NCBI GenBank assembly: GCA_964016885.1
Contig: OZ024744.1
Location: forward strand, 93,496,001 to 93,560,000
Length of the DNA stretch: 64,000 bases
Reading direction: 5' to 3'
DNA from: Eledone cirrhosa
Taxonomy: Eukaryota
Both the position numbers and the translations under genes were made by a program. The notes under the pieces are model-generated. The model had not been told where the DNA came from, did not search any database, and saw only the letters and a list, made by a program, of their open reading frames with translations. Below are positions 38,088-49,322 of this stretch, piece by piece; positions within the stretch are counted from its first letter, which is position 1, and each line of letters starts with the position of its first letter.

Positions 38088-39042
38088 AGTGGAATGAATA
38101 CAAAGGAGTATATACCATTAAAACATGTTTATATAAAAATGCTCCTACGTACGTTTCGCCCAAAAAGGGCTTCTCAGGGGCATAGAAAACAAAAAAAATG
38201 ATCAGTACGTGACCCAGGAGGGATTTTAAGATTAAATTTACATCAGAGTTCATTCTTCATTCAAGCATATGTGTTGTTTTTGCCACAGAGCAAGGGGAGT
38301 AACTGCGGTCGGTGTTTGAATAATCGTCCCCCACTGCTTTTTACCCGTTCACATGATGGTATTTTGCGTTATTATTTTGTGGGTGCTGATTTAGTTTTGC
38401 CAGTTCGAGCCAGGTTTGGGGTGCATATTTGGTTCACAGATGTTTATTTGTGCCGCCTGTCCACCAGAGTGTTATGGTTTGGGCAGGGAGACCCAGTTTA
38501 TAGTTTTCATGCTACAGTCGGTTCCCACCCGAAATAAGACACCCGTATTCGGTGCCTGCAGTTTATGACCGATTCGACTCTGCTGTTTATGAGTTCAAGG
38601 GGTGTTCTTATGATATATAGTAAAGCTCCATGAGGCAAAGCTCGCACTTCCTCTTGAAATTGTAGGGTGCAGCCCTGCCGACAATATCCCAGTGTGTGGA
38701 GAAGCTGATGTTGGCGTCTTTTAATGTAGTGACGTGGAGTGTCTTAGTCTTTTGTTCCTAAAAGAGTGGAGATGTGTTCGAAATCTAGTTTAGAACTGGC
38801 CAGAGGTGGCCCCTATATAGTGTTTAACTCTATTATGGCTAGTTATGGTGCACCTATAAATAAATGTGCTTGAACGAAGAATGAACTCTGATGTAAATTT
38901 AACCTTAAAACCCCTCCTGGGTCACGTACTGATCATTTTTTTTGTTTTCTATGCCCTTGAGAAGCCCTTTTTGGGCGAAACATAGGTGCATTTTTATATA
39001 AACATGTTTTAACGGTATATACTCCTTTGTATTCTTTCCACT
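38088..39042 (-). mobile_element. Penelope-like element remnant with inverted pseudo-LTRs
   Basis: Inverted arms of about 180 bp (38088-38270 and 38864-39042). The minus strand of about 38550-38740 reads TLKDANISFSTHWDIVGRAAPYNFKRKCELCLMELYYI, then after a frameshift IRTPLELINSRVESVINCRH, resembling the C-terminus of Penelope GIY-YIG endonucleases. Each arm holds a hammerhead-like motif. Confidence 0.8.
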
Positions 39043-39105
39043 AATATACACATATATATATATACATATATATTTAATTATGTAATAAACAACACAATAT
39101 AATTA

Positions 39106-39176
39106 TCCCATTACCCAAGGTTTCACGAAGTTAGACAATTCTAACAGAAACGTCTGATATCGCTCATCAGATGGAA
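39106..39176 (-). ncRNA. Type I hammerhead ribozyme (canonical core)
   Basis: Minus strand: TTCCAT CTGATGA GCGA [31 nt] TCGT GAAA CC TTG GG TA^ ATGGGA; stems I, II and III all pair; GUA cleavage triplet. Confidence 0.8.
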
Positions 39177-39348
39177 ATCTTATGGAATACTAACTAATGG
39201 AATAATTATATTGTATTGTTTATTACATAATTAAATAGCTCTGTACTATACATAGAGCACTCTTCTTTTCTTTACCTTTTCCACGGAAATATTTAACATA
39301 TATATATATATATATATCCAGAAAGAGGATTTGCCTCGAAATCACTAG

Positions 39349-39441
39349 ACGTATCTGAGGAACTTGCGAATCCAGAGTCGGGTTTGATCCACAAACAGAT
39401 CGCACCTCAAGCTGTTTGCCGGAGAAACATTTGTAATACGT
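39349..39441 (+). ncRNA. Type I hammerhead-like motif with expanded domain II
   Basis: ACGTAT CTGAGGA [62 nt] GAAA CA TT TG TA^ ATACGT; perfect 6-bp stem I and a stem III, but the stem II closing pair is non-canonical. Confidence 0.55.
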
Positions 39442-40178
39442 AATAAATTTGTGTTCCGATGTGTCACTGATTCTTCGTTTTCCATGTTATCATACTCTGC
39501 TCTGAAGGAGCATAGAGTGCTCAACCAGCATACCGCCTATAGACGCATCCTAGCAACCTTACTACAAATATTCCGTTTCTTTATAAGTAGAGCGCTTACT
39601 GCGAATTGGATGATGATGATGATATAATGTGGAAAGTGATATATATATAAAAGAGGGCTAAGGCAATACAAAATGGACGGTAAGATGAAAGTAACGAAAA
39701 TGTTAGTTACCTGGTAATTTTTTTTTTTTTTCCTTTCATCCTAATATTTCAGGACTTAAAATTCCCTTCATCTGAGTGTAGGAACTCTCAGAACAAAACG
39801 TTCCAAAATATTAGGATGAAATAAGAAGAAAATGACTAACTTTTTCATTGCCTTCATCTTACCATTCTTTTTATATTGTCTTAGCCTTCTGAAATATATC
39901 ACTTTTTACATTATATATTATATACAATACTTCAAGCAAACTACATTTTATTATATATATATATATATATAACATTTTATTATATATATATATATATATA
40001 TATAACTTTGCCTTTCATCCTTACGTGGTCGATAAAATAAAGTACCAGTAATGTACTAGGTAATTGCTGGCCTTGTGCCAAAAGTAGAAACAATTATATA
40101 TATATATATATGTGTGTGTGTGTATATATATATAATTATGTAATAAACAGCACAAAACGATTATTCCATTTACCATTT

Positions 40179-40250
40179 TTCTTTCTGATGAACGATTTCA
40201 GATGTCTCTGTTGAGTTTGCCTGTCTTTGTGAAACCTTTGGTAAATGGAA
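40179..40250 (+). ncRNA. Type I hammerhead ribozyme (canonical core), paralogue of 39106-39176
   Basis: TTCTTT CTGATGA ACGA [31 nt] TTGT GAAA CC TTT GG TA^ AATGGAA; stem II differences from the other copy keep pairing. Confidence 0.75.
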
Positions 40251-41475
40251 TAATTGTATTGCGTTGTTTATTACATAATTAAATAGCTCTGTAGCATACA
40301 TAGAGCACCCTTCCTTCCTTTACCCTTTCTATATATATATATATTCGATATCTTACCAGCCACCAATACTATGTTCAAAATAATATCTAATCAAGTTGAA
40401 AATATTATCCAAACCATACTACCTGGTTATTATTTAATACATTTTGTTTAATGTTCATACAAATTAAATTTTGTATTTTCTGCATTAATTTGTTTTAATT
40501 TTTTTTTTTTTTTTTTTGTTTCACACATCTATTATTGTGAGATTTGTAAAGAAAATTGACTTTCAAAGTTGTAAATATTAATATTTTTTATCAATATAAG
40601 AACAGACTACATACTCAGTTCTCCTGCATTTTTAATGGAGTTTATTTATTTTTTTTTTTTTTTTACCTTTCATTTCCGTGGATAAAAACCAACTCACACA
40701 GACACATACACACACACATTCCTCACCACACTACCACACCTTCACCCCTGTGTAGTACAACATAGAGCTCAATTAATCAATCAACTTTAGCTGCTATTCA
40801 ACAAAAATTGTGCCTAGTTAAAAATCATTTATAATTCATCTTTTGTCGATGTCTGCAAAAACCAAAAATGACAGGAATTATTATTACAGAGGGAGATGGA
40901 TTGGCAGAATCAGTAGAGCGTCGGTCAACATGCTTAGCGGCATAGTTGCAGCCCTTTACGTTCTGAGTTCAAATCCTGTTGAGGTTAACTTTGCCTTACA
41001 GGGTCGATAAAATAAAGTACCAGTAATGCACTGGGATCGATTTAATCGACTTTCCCTTTCCCCCAAAACTGTTGACCTTGTGCCTAAATCAGATTCAAAT
41101 CCTGCCGAGGTTAACTTTGCCTTTCATCCTTACAGGGTCGATAAAATAAAGTACCAGTAATGCACTGGGGTAATTGCTGGCCTTGTGCCAAAAGTAGAAA
41201 CAATCATTACCTTACTTGGCAACTAAACTTTTTTTTATTTATTTATTTATTTTTTTTATCAAAATAGCATTTTATTCTGCTAATTATCCTTATAATCTAC
41301 TGGATATAATTAACATTCAATATGCTATTGAATATCATTTTGAGAAATATAACATTTTTGTTTAATGCTCACTCATCCCCCCAAATCTCGTCTAATCAAA
41401 AGGCAGACCTAAAATCAAAGACTTTGAAATATCTTGTGAAGTATTTGATAGTCAATTGGTTTTTTCTTTCCAGTT

Positions 41476-41510
<35 letters not shown>

Positions 41511-42499
41511 AATTGTGTACAGTGCTCAGGTGCACTACAACTCGTCAAAGGTGCATGTATAGTACATAGAATAATATACAAATGTCAGAGAAGTGGATAG
41601 TGTATGAGTCATGATATACATGTGTGCGTGTGTATGGAGGGGGAATATTAGGTGTAGTGGGGGGGTTGATGAACTGAATGCTGAATGAAGGAAATTCAGT
41701 TGTAAAAAGGAAAACAAGAAAAAAAAATCTAGTGGTATTATCTTAGTGACTCTCTGAAAGATAATTTAAAGCAGTTGAGAATTAACTTCTCAAAGTTAAT
41801 TTACATGTTATGGGGAAAAGTCTGATCTTTGTTTGCAGGCAAGGAGCTACAGTGGACATGTTTTAGTCTATTCGACCTCATCAACAGAGCATAGTCTACT
41901 CCAGCCTGCCTGATCATATGACAAAATTGTTTACATATAGAAAAAGAGTAACATAATTGCTCATGAGGTACATTAACTGCAGTAATCTAGAGAAGAAAGA
42001 TATGGAAGCTGAAAGAGCCCTCAGTAATAATACTATAAACATTTTAATTAACTATCCACATTAACAAGACATACTCGAAAAGTATAAAACAGCATAGTGT
42101 GTGTATTACATTCAAAATAAAAGTCCTTACTGCAAATACTGCAAATTTTCACAACTATCTTTTCACTACTAAAGTTACTATAAACATTTGAATTAACTAA
42201 CCATATTTTTAGATGTTATTTGCTAAATCATTGTGGGATGTTAAGAGTTAAAGTGTTGTACATTTGTGTGATAAGAATGAATGACTTTGAACAAATACTT
42301 AGCATAAATTAGTAATTGTTTGCTAGTAAATAAACTAACTAGAAGGGAGATGACTGCAGAACTAAAATTTTACAAGAGACTTCAGTACTTCACCTATTGA
42401 ATCAACTAAGGGGTGTGACAGAATAATGTAATCTTTTAATTCTTAAAATCCAACAAACTGTACTAAAAAACAAACAAAAAAAAACTAGACATCTTACAA

Positions 42500-43120
42500 T
42501 TAAGGATTTTAGGTGTCTATAAAGTTACAAATAGTAACAGACACCCTCTCGACTCTCCCACTCACAATTGAGTAAGACTTGGTAGTATCTACCATGTTTT
42601 CACTAAGGTTTTAGGTGTCTATGAAGTCACAAATAGAGATAGACAACCTCACACCCCTCCCACACACAATCGAGTAAGACTTGGTAGTATCTACCATGTT
42701 TTCACTAAGGTTTTAGGTGTCTATGAAGTCACAAATAGAGATAGACAACCTCACACCCCTCCCACACACAATCAAGTAAGACTTGGTAGTATCTACCATG
42801 TTTTCACTAAGGTTTTAGGTGTCTATGAAGTCACAAATAGGAATAGACACACTCACAACCCTCCCACACACAATCGAGTGAGACTTGGTAGTATCTACCA
42901 TGTTTTCACTAAGGTTTTAGGTGTCTATGAAGTCACAAATAGGAATAGACACACTCACAACCCTCCGAGTATAACTTAGTATTAGCTACCATGTTTTCAT
43001 TAAGGGTTTTGGATACCTATGTAGTTGTAAGCAAGCTCAGACACCCTCATGGCCCTCCCACTCACAACCGAGTACGATATAGCATGTTTTCACTAAGGTT
43101 TTTTTTTTTAGGTGCCTATA
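42500..43120. repeat. 102-bp tandem repeat (about 6 copies)
   Basis: TAAGGTTTTAGGTGTCTATGAAGTCAC recurs at 42604, 42706, 42808 and 42910, with diverged flanking copies; the central units contain the hairpin TGGTAG-TAT-CTACCA. Confidence 0.9.
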
Positions 43121-43308
43121 TAGCCGAAAACAGAGCAGAGAAATAATATAGTTGACCTAAAATCAATAAGTAAAAAGTACTGATGAGCTATTGATAAGGC
43201 AGAAACAACTATTTGATCTGAACTACAAATGGAGAAATTGAGCAGATTTATAATACACTAACAAGAAAAAACATCAATGTAAATGAAGGGTTTTTAATAA
43301 TACTTTCA

Positions 43309-43515
43309 TGAGGGTCAGCTGAAAAGTTGATAGACTGACTATGAAAGAGTGATGCTAGAGCTATGAAATCTTGCATGTATTAATTTCAACTCAACTCTTC
43401 TTATTAATAACTGCATTGTTTATTTCTAGGAAGGACTATGTTGATAAATGGACCTCATTTGGTCATTCCATGAGAGTATCTTGGTCAGCCTATGAACTTT
43501 TTAACTGACCCTCAT
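43309..43515. mobile_element. Tc1/mariner-like MITE
   Basis: TIRs TGAGGGTCAGCTGAAAAGTTGATAGACTGAC / GTCAGCCTATGAACTTTTTAACTGACCCTCA; same family as 6838-7033. Confidence 0.7.
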
Positions 43516-43689
43516 AATACATTTTGTTCTACTTAAGATGTTCTTAAAATTTTGGTTTTAATGTGACTATTTCGACATTTATTATTTTTTTGTTGTTTTT
43601 TTAAAGATATCAATACATATCAGACTGTTTGGTAAATTATTCTTTGTTTAATTTATCGATTGAGTTGAAAAAGAAAACTGAAACATTTT

Positions 43690-43738
<49 letters not shown>

Positions 43739-43776
43739 TCACATACACACTAATATATACATATGCATATCTATAC

Positions 43777-43839
<63 letters not shown>

Positions 43840-43847
43840 CATATACA

Positions 43848-43880
<33 letters not shown>

Positions 43881-43888
<8 letters not shown>

Positions 43889-44038
43889 TTACAACAGTGA
43901 CATAAACAGGTACTTAAGTTTCGTTGGGTTCTGGACCCCAACTTATTCAGCCTGACATGATGAGAGGCTGAATGAGTTGGGGTCCAGAACCTGACGAAAC
44001 TTAAGTACCTGTTTATGTCGGTGTTGTAATTATTTATA
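43881..44038. repeat. Near-perfect 158-bp palindrome carrying hammerhead-like motifs on both strands
   Basis: Arms of about 73 bp around an 11-nt spacer; adjoins a long (TA)n tract. Confidence 0.9.
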
Positions 44039-44139
44039 CTAAACTCATCCTATGGACTGAGTGTTCTTCTTTCTCTTGGATATTTCTACCAAACTTTTAC
44101 TACCGTGTATATGTGTGCGTGTCGATGTATACACACATG

Positions 44140-44480
44140 GAGGCACATGGCTTAGTGGTTAGAGCATTGGGCTTGCAATCGAAAGGTTGTGAGTTCAATT
44201 CTCAGACCGAGTGATGTGTTGTTTCCTTGAGCAAGACACTTTATTTCACATTGCTTCAGTTTACTCAGCTGTAGAAATGAGATGATAGGGACTGGGGTCC
44301 CTATCATTCCACTGTAAAGTGGACATGTTGGTGCCACGGCAAAAAAGCACCCAGCACTCCCTGTAAATGAGGTTGGTGTTAGGAAGGGCATCCAGCTGTA
44401 GAAATCAAGCCAGAATCAGTTCCCGTCCCACCCTTGCAAGCAGGGAAAAAGTGGATGTAAAATGAAATGATGAATGATGA
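44140..44480 (+). mobile_element. tRNA/CORE SINE with RTE-derived body and tail
   Basis: TGGCTTAGTGG A box, GAGTTCAATTC B box, CCTTGAGCAAGACACTT core, GGTGTTAGGAAGGGCATCCAG motif, and a 3' end CCCTTGCAAGCAGGGAAAAAGTGGATGTAAAATGA matching the 3' end of RTE family A. Confidence 0.85.
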
Positions 44481-45202
44481 CACACTCACACTCACACTCT
44501 GAAATTATGGTAAAAATAGAGCCAATATATAGGGAAGAGTGGGAAGAATGTTGAGTTAAATATTTTTTTTTCTGCAAATTATTAAGTTATTTTATTTCTT
44601 AAAACTTTTTATAATTATTATAATATTAATAATATAATAATAATAACAACAATATTCTATTTAATGTTGGTCTAAATCTAGTTAAAGATATTTTCTATTG
44701 CATATGTTGTCTATGAATATCTCTTCACAAACACTTCCATGATACTATACAAATTGAACCATTCATAGTATGTTGAAAACAGCCAAAATATTTTTTTTTT
44801 CCTCTTTTTCTGAGAAAAAGTTTAACTAACATAAGGAAATATTATACTCAAACACCTACATTTATGAGTTGTGGTATACAAATAACTAACATTTTCTTTG
44901 ATGTATGTAAATAACTAATATTATGTAAATAGATGTTTACATTTTTTTACATAATTCACCTATCGTATTTTGATAAGCAGTTAAAAAAAAAAAAAAATTT
45001 AAATTACTTTTTGTTTTATAAACAAAATGTAATTTAGTAAAATAGTTTAGCTATCTTTAATTTTCTCACAATATTATACAGGATACTACTGGTTAGTTAG
45101 TAAACTTTTTTATATTTTGCTTTTGGTATTAAAATCTTAAAAAATAAATAAGTAAAACTGTTGAAATGTTTTGTTTTTTTTCTTTGATCGATTTGAATAT
45201 TT

Positions 45203-46094
45203 CCGGCTCTACCTGGAGTGACTCTCTCATCTCTGAGTTATGCACTTTATTGAGTAATGTTACTCCAAAGACCCTTCGGAAGAATCTCATTTCGGCCATT
45301 TGTATTCACAATCCAATTCTTTTAGTCATTACCCAACATAGGTAAGGGTTGGCACAAATATTGAATTGAAGATAGCAAGTTTGGCTTTACACCTACCTCT
45401 CTTCTAATTACTGAATGCTGAAGCTGGCGCATTACTGCACCAGGTTTTGCAATTCTTGCACTTAATTCAGCCTCCTGCTTTCCATCACTCATGAACACAG
45501 CCCTGAGATACTTGAACTTCTCTATCTGCTTCAGTGGAACTCCACTCACATGTAGAGTGCACTGCACAGGCTTCCTTGAGAGGAGGAGTGTCTCAGTTTT
45601 TGCAGCACTGATTTTCATGCCAGCCATGCAGCGCTCACCATCAAACCTATCTTCAATTTGGTTTTCATGCCAACCCTTATCTATGGTCATGAATCTTGGG
45701 TAATGACCGAAAAAAATATGATCACAAAATGGGATTCCTCTGAAGGGTCTTTGGAGTAACGTTACTCAATGAAGTGTGTAGCTCGGAGATCAGAGAGTCA
45801 CTCCAGGTAGAGCTGTTACTTCTCCAAATTTAGAAATCACAGCTCCAATACTATGGACATGTGATTAGAATGTCTCAGGAAAAAATCATTGGACAGATTT
45901 TACAGGCAAAACCAACCGGCAAGAGACACAGGGGTGGATCCCGAACAAGATGGTTGGATAACATTCATGAGCTTGGCTGGTCGTGTTTGGAGATCCAGCC
46001 GGATCAGTTAGAGATGGTTGCTTCTGATAGGATCCACTGGAAGGAGTGTTTGAGGACTCTTCCCCCACAACCCTCTCAGGAATAAGTGGGTGAA
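45203..46094. mobile_element. Different RTE-clade LINE with an inverted 5' segment
   Basis: Minus segment 45203-45655 (MKISAAKTETLLL...KFKYL) and plus segment 45660-46085 (YGHVIRM...GKRHRGGSRTRWLD); flanked by the direct repeat GATC(G/A)ATTTGAATATTTC. Confidence 0.75.
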
Positions 46095-47008
46095 GATCAA
46101 TTTGAATATTTCAGGTGGCTGATTTTTAAATCTAATCCATAAAGGAATTAAACAAAGAATAAATCATTTTAAAGAAAGAAGCTTTGAGCAAATTTTGACT
46201 TTTTCAAAGTATTAGCTTAATGTAAACTGTTTCAACATAGTTTTTTGTTTTTTTTAACTATGGAAATATTTGAACAAGTTGGGTATAAAAGGCCCTAGAG
46301 ATGAGATTAAAAAATGTGGACAGTATCACCAGTAGAGTTTGTTCCAAACCAGAAGTATACCTCACTTCCCATGGTGGCACTGCAAGGCCAGGGATTTCTG
46401 AAAATTGTCCTCTAACATGGGGATACGCATCACACACACACATACATTACGTGTAGAAGACATGGTAAAAAGACTCCCAGTCCACACTGTAAAGGTGGCT
46501 GGTGTTAGGAAGGGCATCCAGCTGTAAAGGTGGCTGGTGTTAGGAAGGGCATCCAGCTGTAAAGGTGGTGGTGTTAGGAAGGGCATTCAGCTGTAAAAAA
46601 AACCTGCCAGGATACACTTCCGTACGAGCGAGACACGATCTCCCAACCATTCCCGCATCAAATGGAACAAAACTGTCTAACCCATGCTAGCGTGGAAGAT
46701 GGACATTAAACGAGGATGAGGATGATGATGTTTATTGGGAAATGTGTGAAATCCTTGGTACAGTTAGGTATATTTTAAAAAAAGGAAAAGAATGACCTCA
46801 CTTGTAGTTTTAAACAATTTAATTTAATTTTATAATATTATAATTTTACAATTTAGATTTATATATATGTATGTTTATATATATATATAGGAAAATGTTC
46901 AAGACCCCGACGGCAGGGCTCAAGCCGTTTCGACGGCTATTTCTGAACTAAGTATTGAGTACTCTGGTGCGTTATGGCCCACCTGGTTCCTTACCACACT
47001 TCCTTCGT

Positions 47009-47040
<32 letters not shown>

Positions 47041-47234
47041 CATATACTGGTATCCATTTGTTTAAGGTGGCACCAATAACGTTAGAACTGAATGCAGCCT
47101 TGAAGAGATGGTTTCAACAAGATTAGGTGGAGAGAACTATAGTTTTTGTAGTAGGCTCTTGTAAAACAATGAACTAATTAAGAACCTATCTTCAACTTTT
47201 GTTTTATTTCCATTGTTCAAAACAGACACATACA

Positions 47235-47281
<47 letters not shown>

Positions 47282-47360
47282 CAAAGGTATATATTGAGTT
47301 AGAAACACGAAATAGTCTCTTACAATTAAATAGCTCAAGGAAAGAGATTTTTCCAGCCTG

Positions 47361-48272
47361 TATAATATAATTGAATATAAAAGAGAGATAAACACAGATA
47401 TATACATATATGTGTTCAAATCATAAGGAACCAGATTCGCTAGGGTGAAAAAAATACTAACTATGAACAATAGGGTTTGCCAGACTCAATTTAAAGGAAT
47501 AAATCAAGAAAATAAATACAAACCGATATTGGGACAACTGCCAGACACCCAGACAGCTTTGGTAATGTTGTTTCGCAATTATAGTGAGGGGAATTACCAA
47601 TTCTTTTGCTAATCAGAGGGTGTAAAATTAGTAAACCCTTCACTTCTACGTATCTCAGAAGACTGAATAGTGTCATCATCATCATCATCATCATTTCATT
47701 TTACGTCCACTTTTCCCTGCTTGCAAGGGTGGGATGGGAACTGATTCTGGCTTGATTTCTACAGCTGGATGCCCTTCCTAACACCAACCTCATTTACAGT
47801 GTGGGCTGGGTGCTTTTTTGCCGTGGCACCTCCACGACCACTTTGCAGTGGAATGATATGGACCCCAGTCCCTATCATCTCATTTCTACAGTTGAGTAAA
47901 CAGGAGCAATGTGAAATAAAGTGTCTTGCTCAAGGAAACAACACATCACCCGGTCTGAGAATTGAACTCACAACCGTTTGATTGCAAGGCCAATGCTCTA
48001 ACCACTAAGCCATGTGCCTCCAGTGTGCGTATATAAAATAACACACATGGCATCAGAACTTAGTGTGTCTCATAAATGCATACTACTAAAAATAACAGCC
48101 AGTTTGTATTTATTTTCTTGATTTATTCCTTTAAATTGAGTCTGGCAAACCCTAAAACCCTATTGTTTATAGTTAGTATTTTTTTCATCCTAGCGAATCT
48201 GGTCCCTTACAATTTGAACACATATATGTATATTTCTGTGTTTATCTCTCTTTTATATTCTATTATATTATA
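47361..48272. repeat. Foldback cassette with a hammerhead-like motif and a nested SINE (47673-48022, minus)
   Basis: Arms 47361-47524 and 48102-48272 are reverse complements. Confidence 0.85.
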
Positions 48273-48457
48273 TATATAAATTTAAGGGTAAGAAATTGTC
48301 TAGATTACACAGACACAATGATATAAGAAGAACTGTGAGAAACGTCATTATAAGATCGATTCTTACCAGCCATATATATATATATATATATATATTTATT
48401 GTCAAAGAAAAATCAGGTTACTACTCCTAATGCCAGCCATATATATATATATACATA

Positions 48458-49107
48458 CAAAATTAGAAATAAGAGGGATCAGATGTTGTTTACTCGAGGG
48501 AAGACTACGTTGGTATGGTCACGTGATGCGCATGAAAGACGACAGCTGTATAACAAAGTGCAGGGCAATAAAGATAGACGGTAGCCACGAAATAGGCAGA
48601 CCTAGAAAAACCTGGGACGAGCTGATAAATTCCGACCTCACACACTTACACCTCTCCAAGACAATGTCACTGGACCGAGACCTTTGGCGGTACTCAGTAA
48701 TAGAGAAGACCTGCCTTACCTAAATACAAAGTGAAACCTACTACAGTCAGTAGGCATCTCTATCAAAATACAACCCTGTCCCACTACCTCCACCCCATCC
48801 ACACCGCCCCTTTCAATGTAAAGTTATGTTGGTACCACAACATCCAGCCCGAAACAAATGAGGTTGTGTAGGTATGATGACAAAACAACACACAGTCCAC
48901 GCTGTAATGTGGCCATGTAGGTAACACGGTAAAAACCTCCCAGTTCCACACTGTAAACGTGGTTGGTGTTAGGAAGGGCATCCAGCTGTAGAAAACCTGC
49001 CAGACAGTCCTATGTGAGCAAGACAACCACTCTTGCCTCAAGTGGGAAAACACCCGTCCAAACCCATGCAAGCGTGGAATATGGACGTTAAACGATGATG
49101 ATGATGA
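48458..49107 (+). mobile_element. 5'-truncated RTE LINE (family C) with a long flanking direct repeat
   Basis: KLEIRGIRCCLLEGRLRWYGHV...; (GAT)n tail; about 60-bp direct repeat at 48395-48457 and 49113-49174. Confidence 0.9.
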
Positions 49108-49322
49108 CATAGATTTATTGTCAAAGAAAAATCAGGTTACTACTCCTAATGCCAGCCATATATATATATACATATTAATATATACAGATTAATCATATTA
49201 TAAGGTATCTATTTTTGAAGTTCTGGTTAACTTTATTTAGTTACCTACCTAGCTATGTGTGCTTACACACTTGTAAAAATTATCTCCTGTGATTCATCAT
49301 CATCATCATCATCATCATCATT

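Noticed and set aside
39621-39915. Foldback cassette with CAGATGA...GAAA on the minus strand
   Set aside because: The inverted repeat is real, but the core and stems I and III are too degenerate to call a ribozyme.
1-43120. Minisatellite periods (30, 48, 48, 48, 60, 102) are all multiples of six
   Set aside because: Small sample, two arrays share an origin, and 35- and 37-bp tandem units also occur in the window.
44140-44215. tRNA-like sequence
   Set aside because: It is the head of a SINE, continuing into core and RTE tail; not a tRNA gene.
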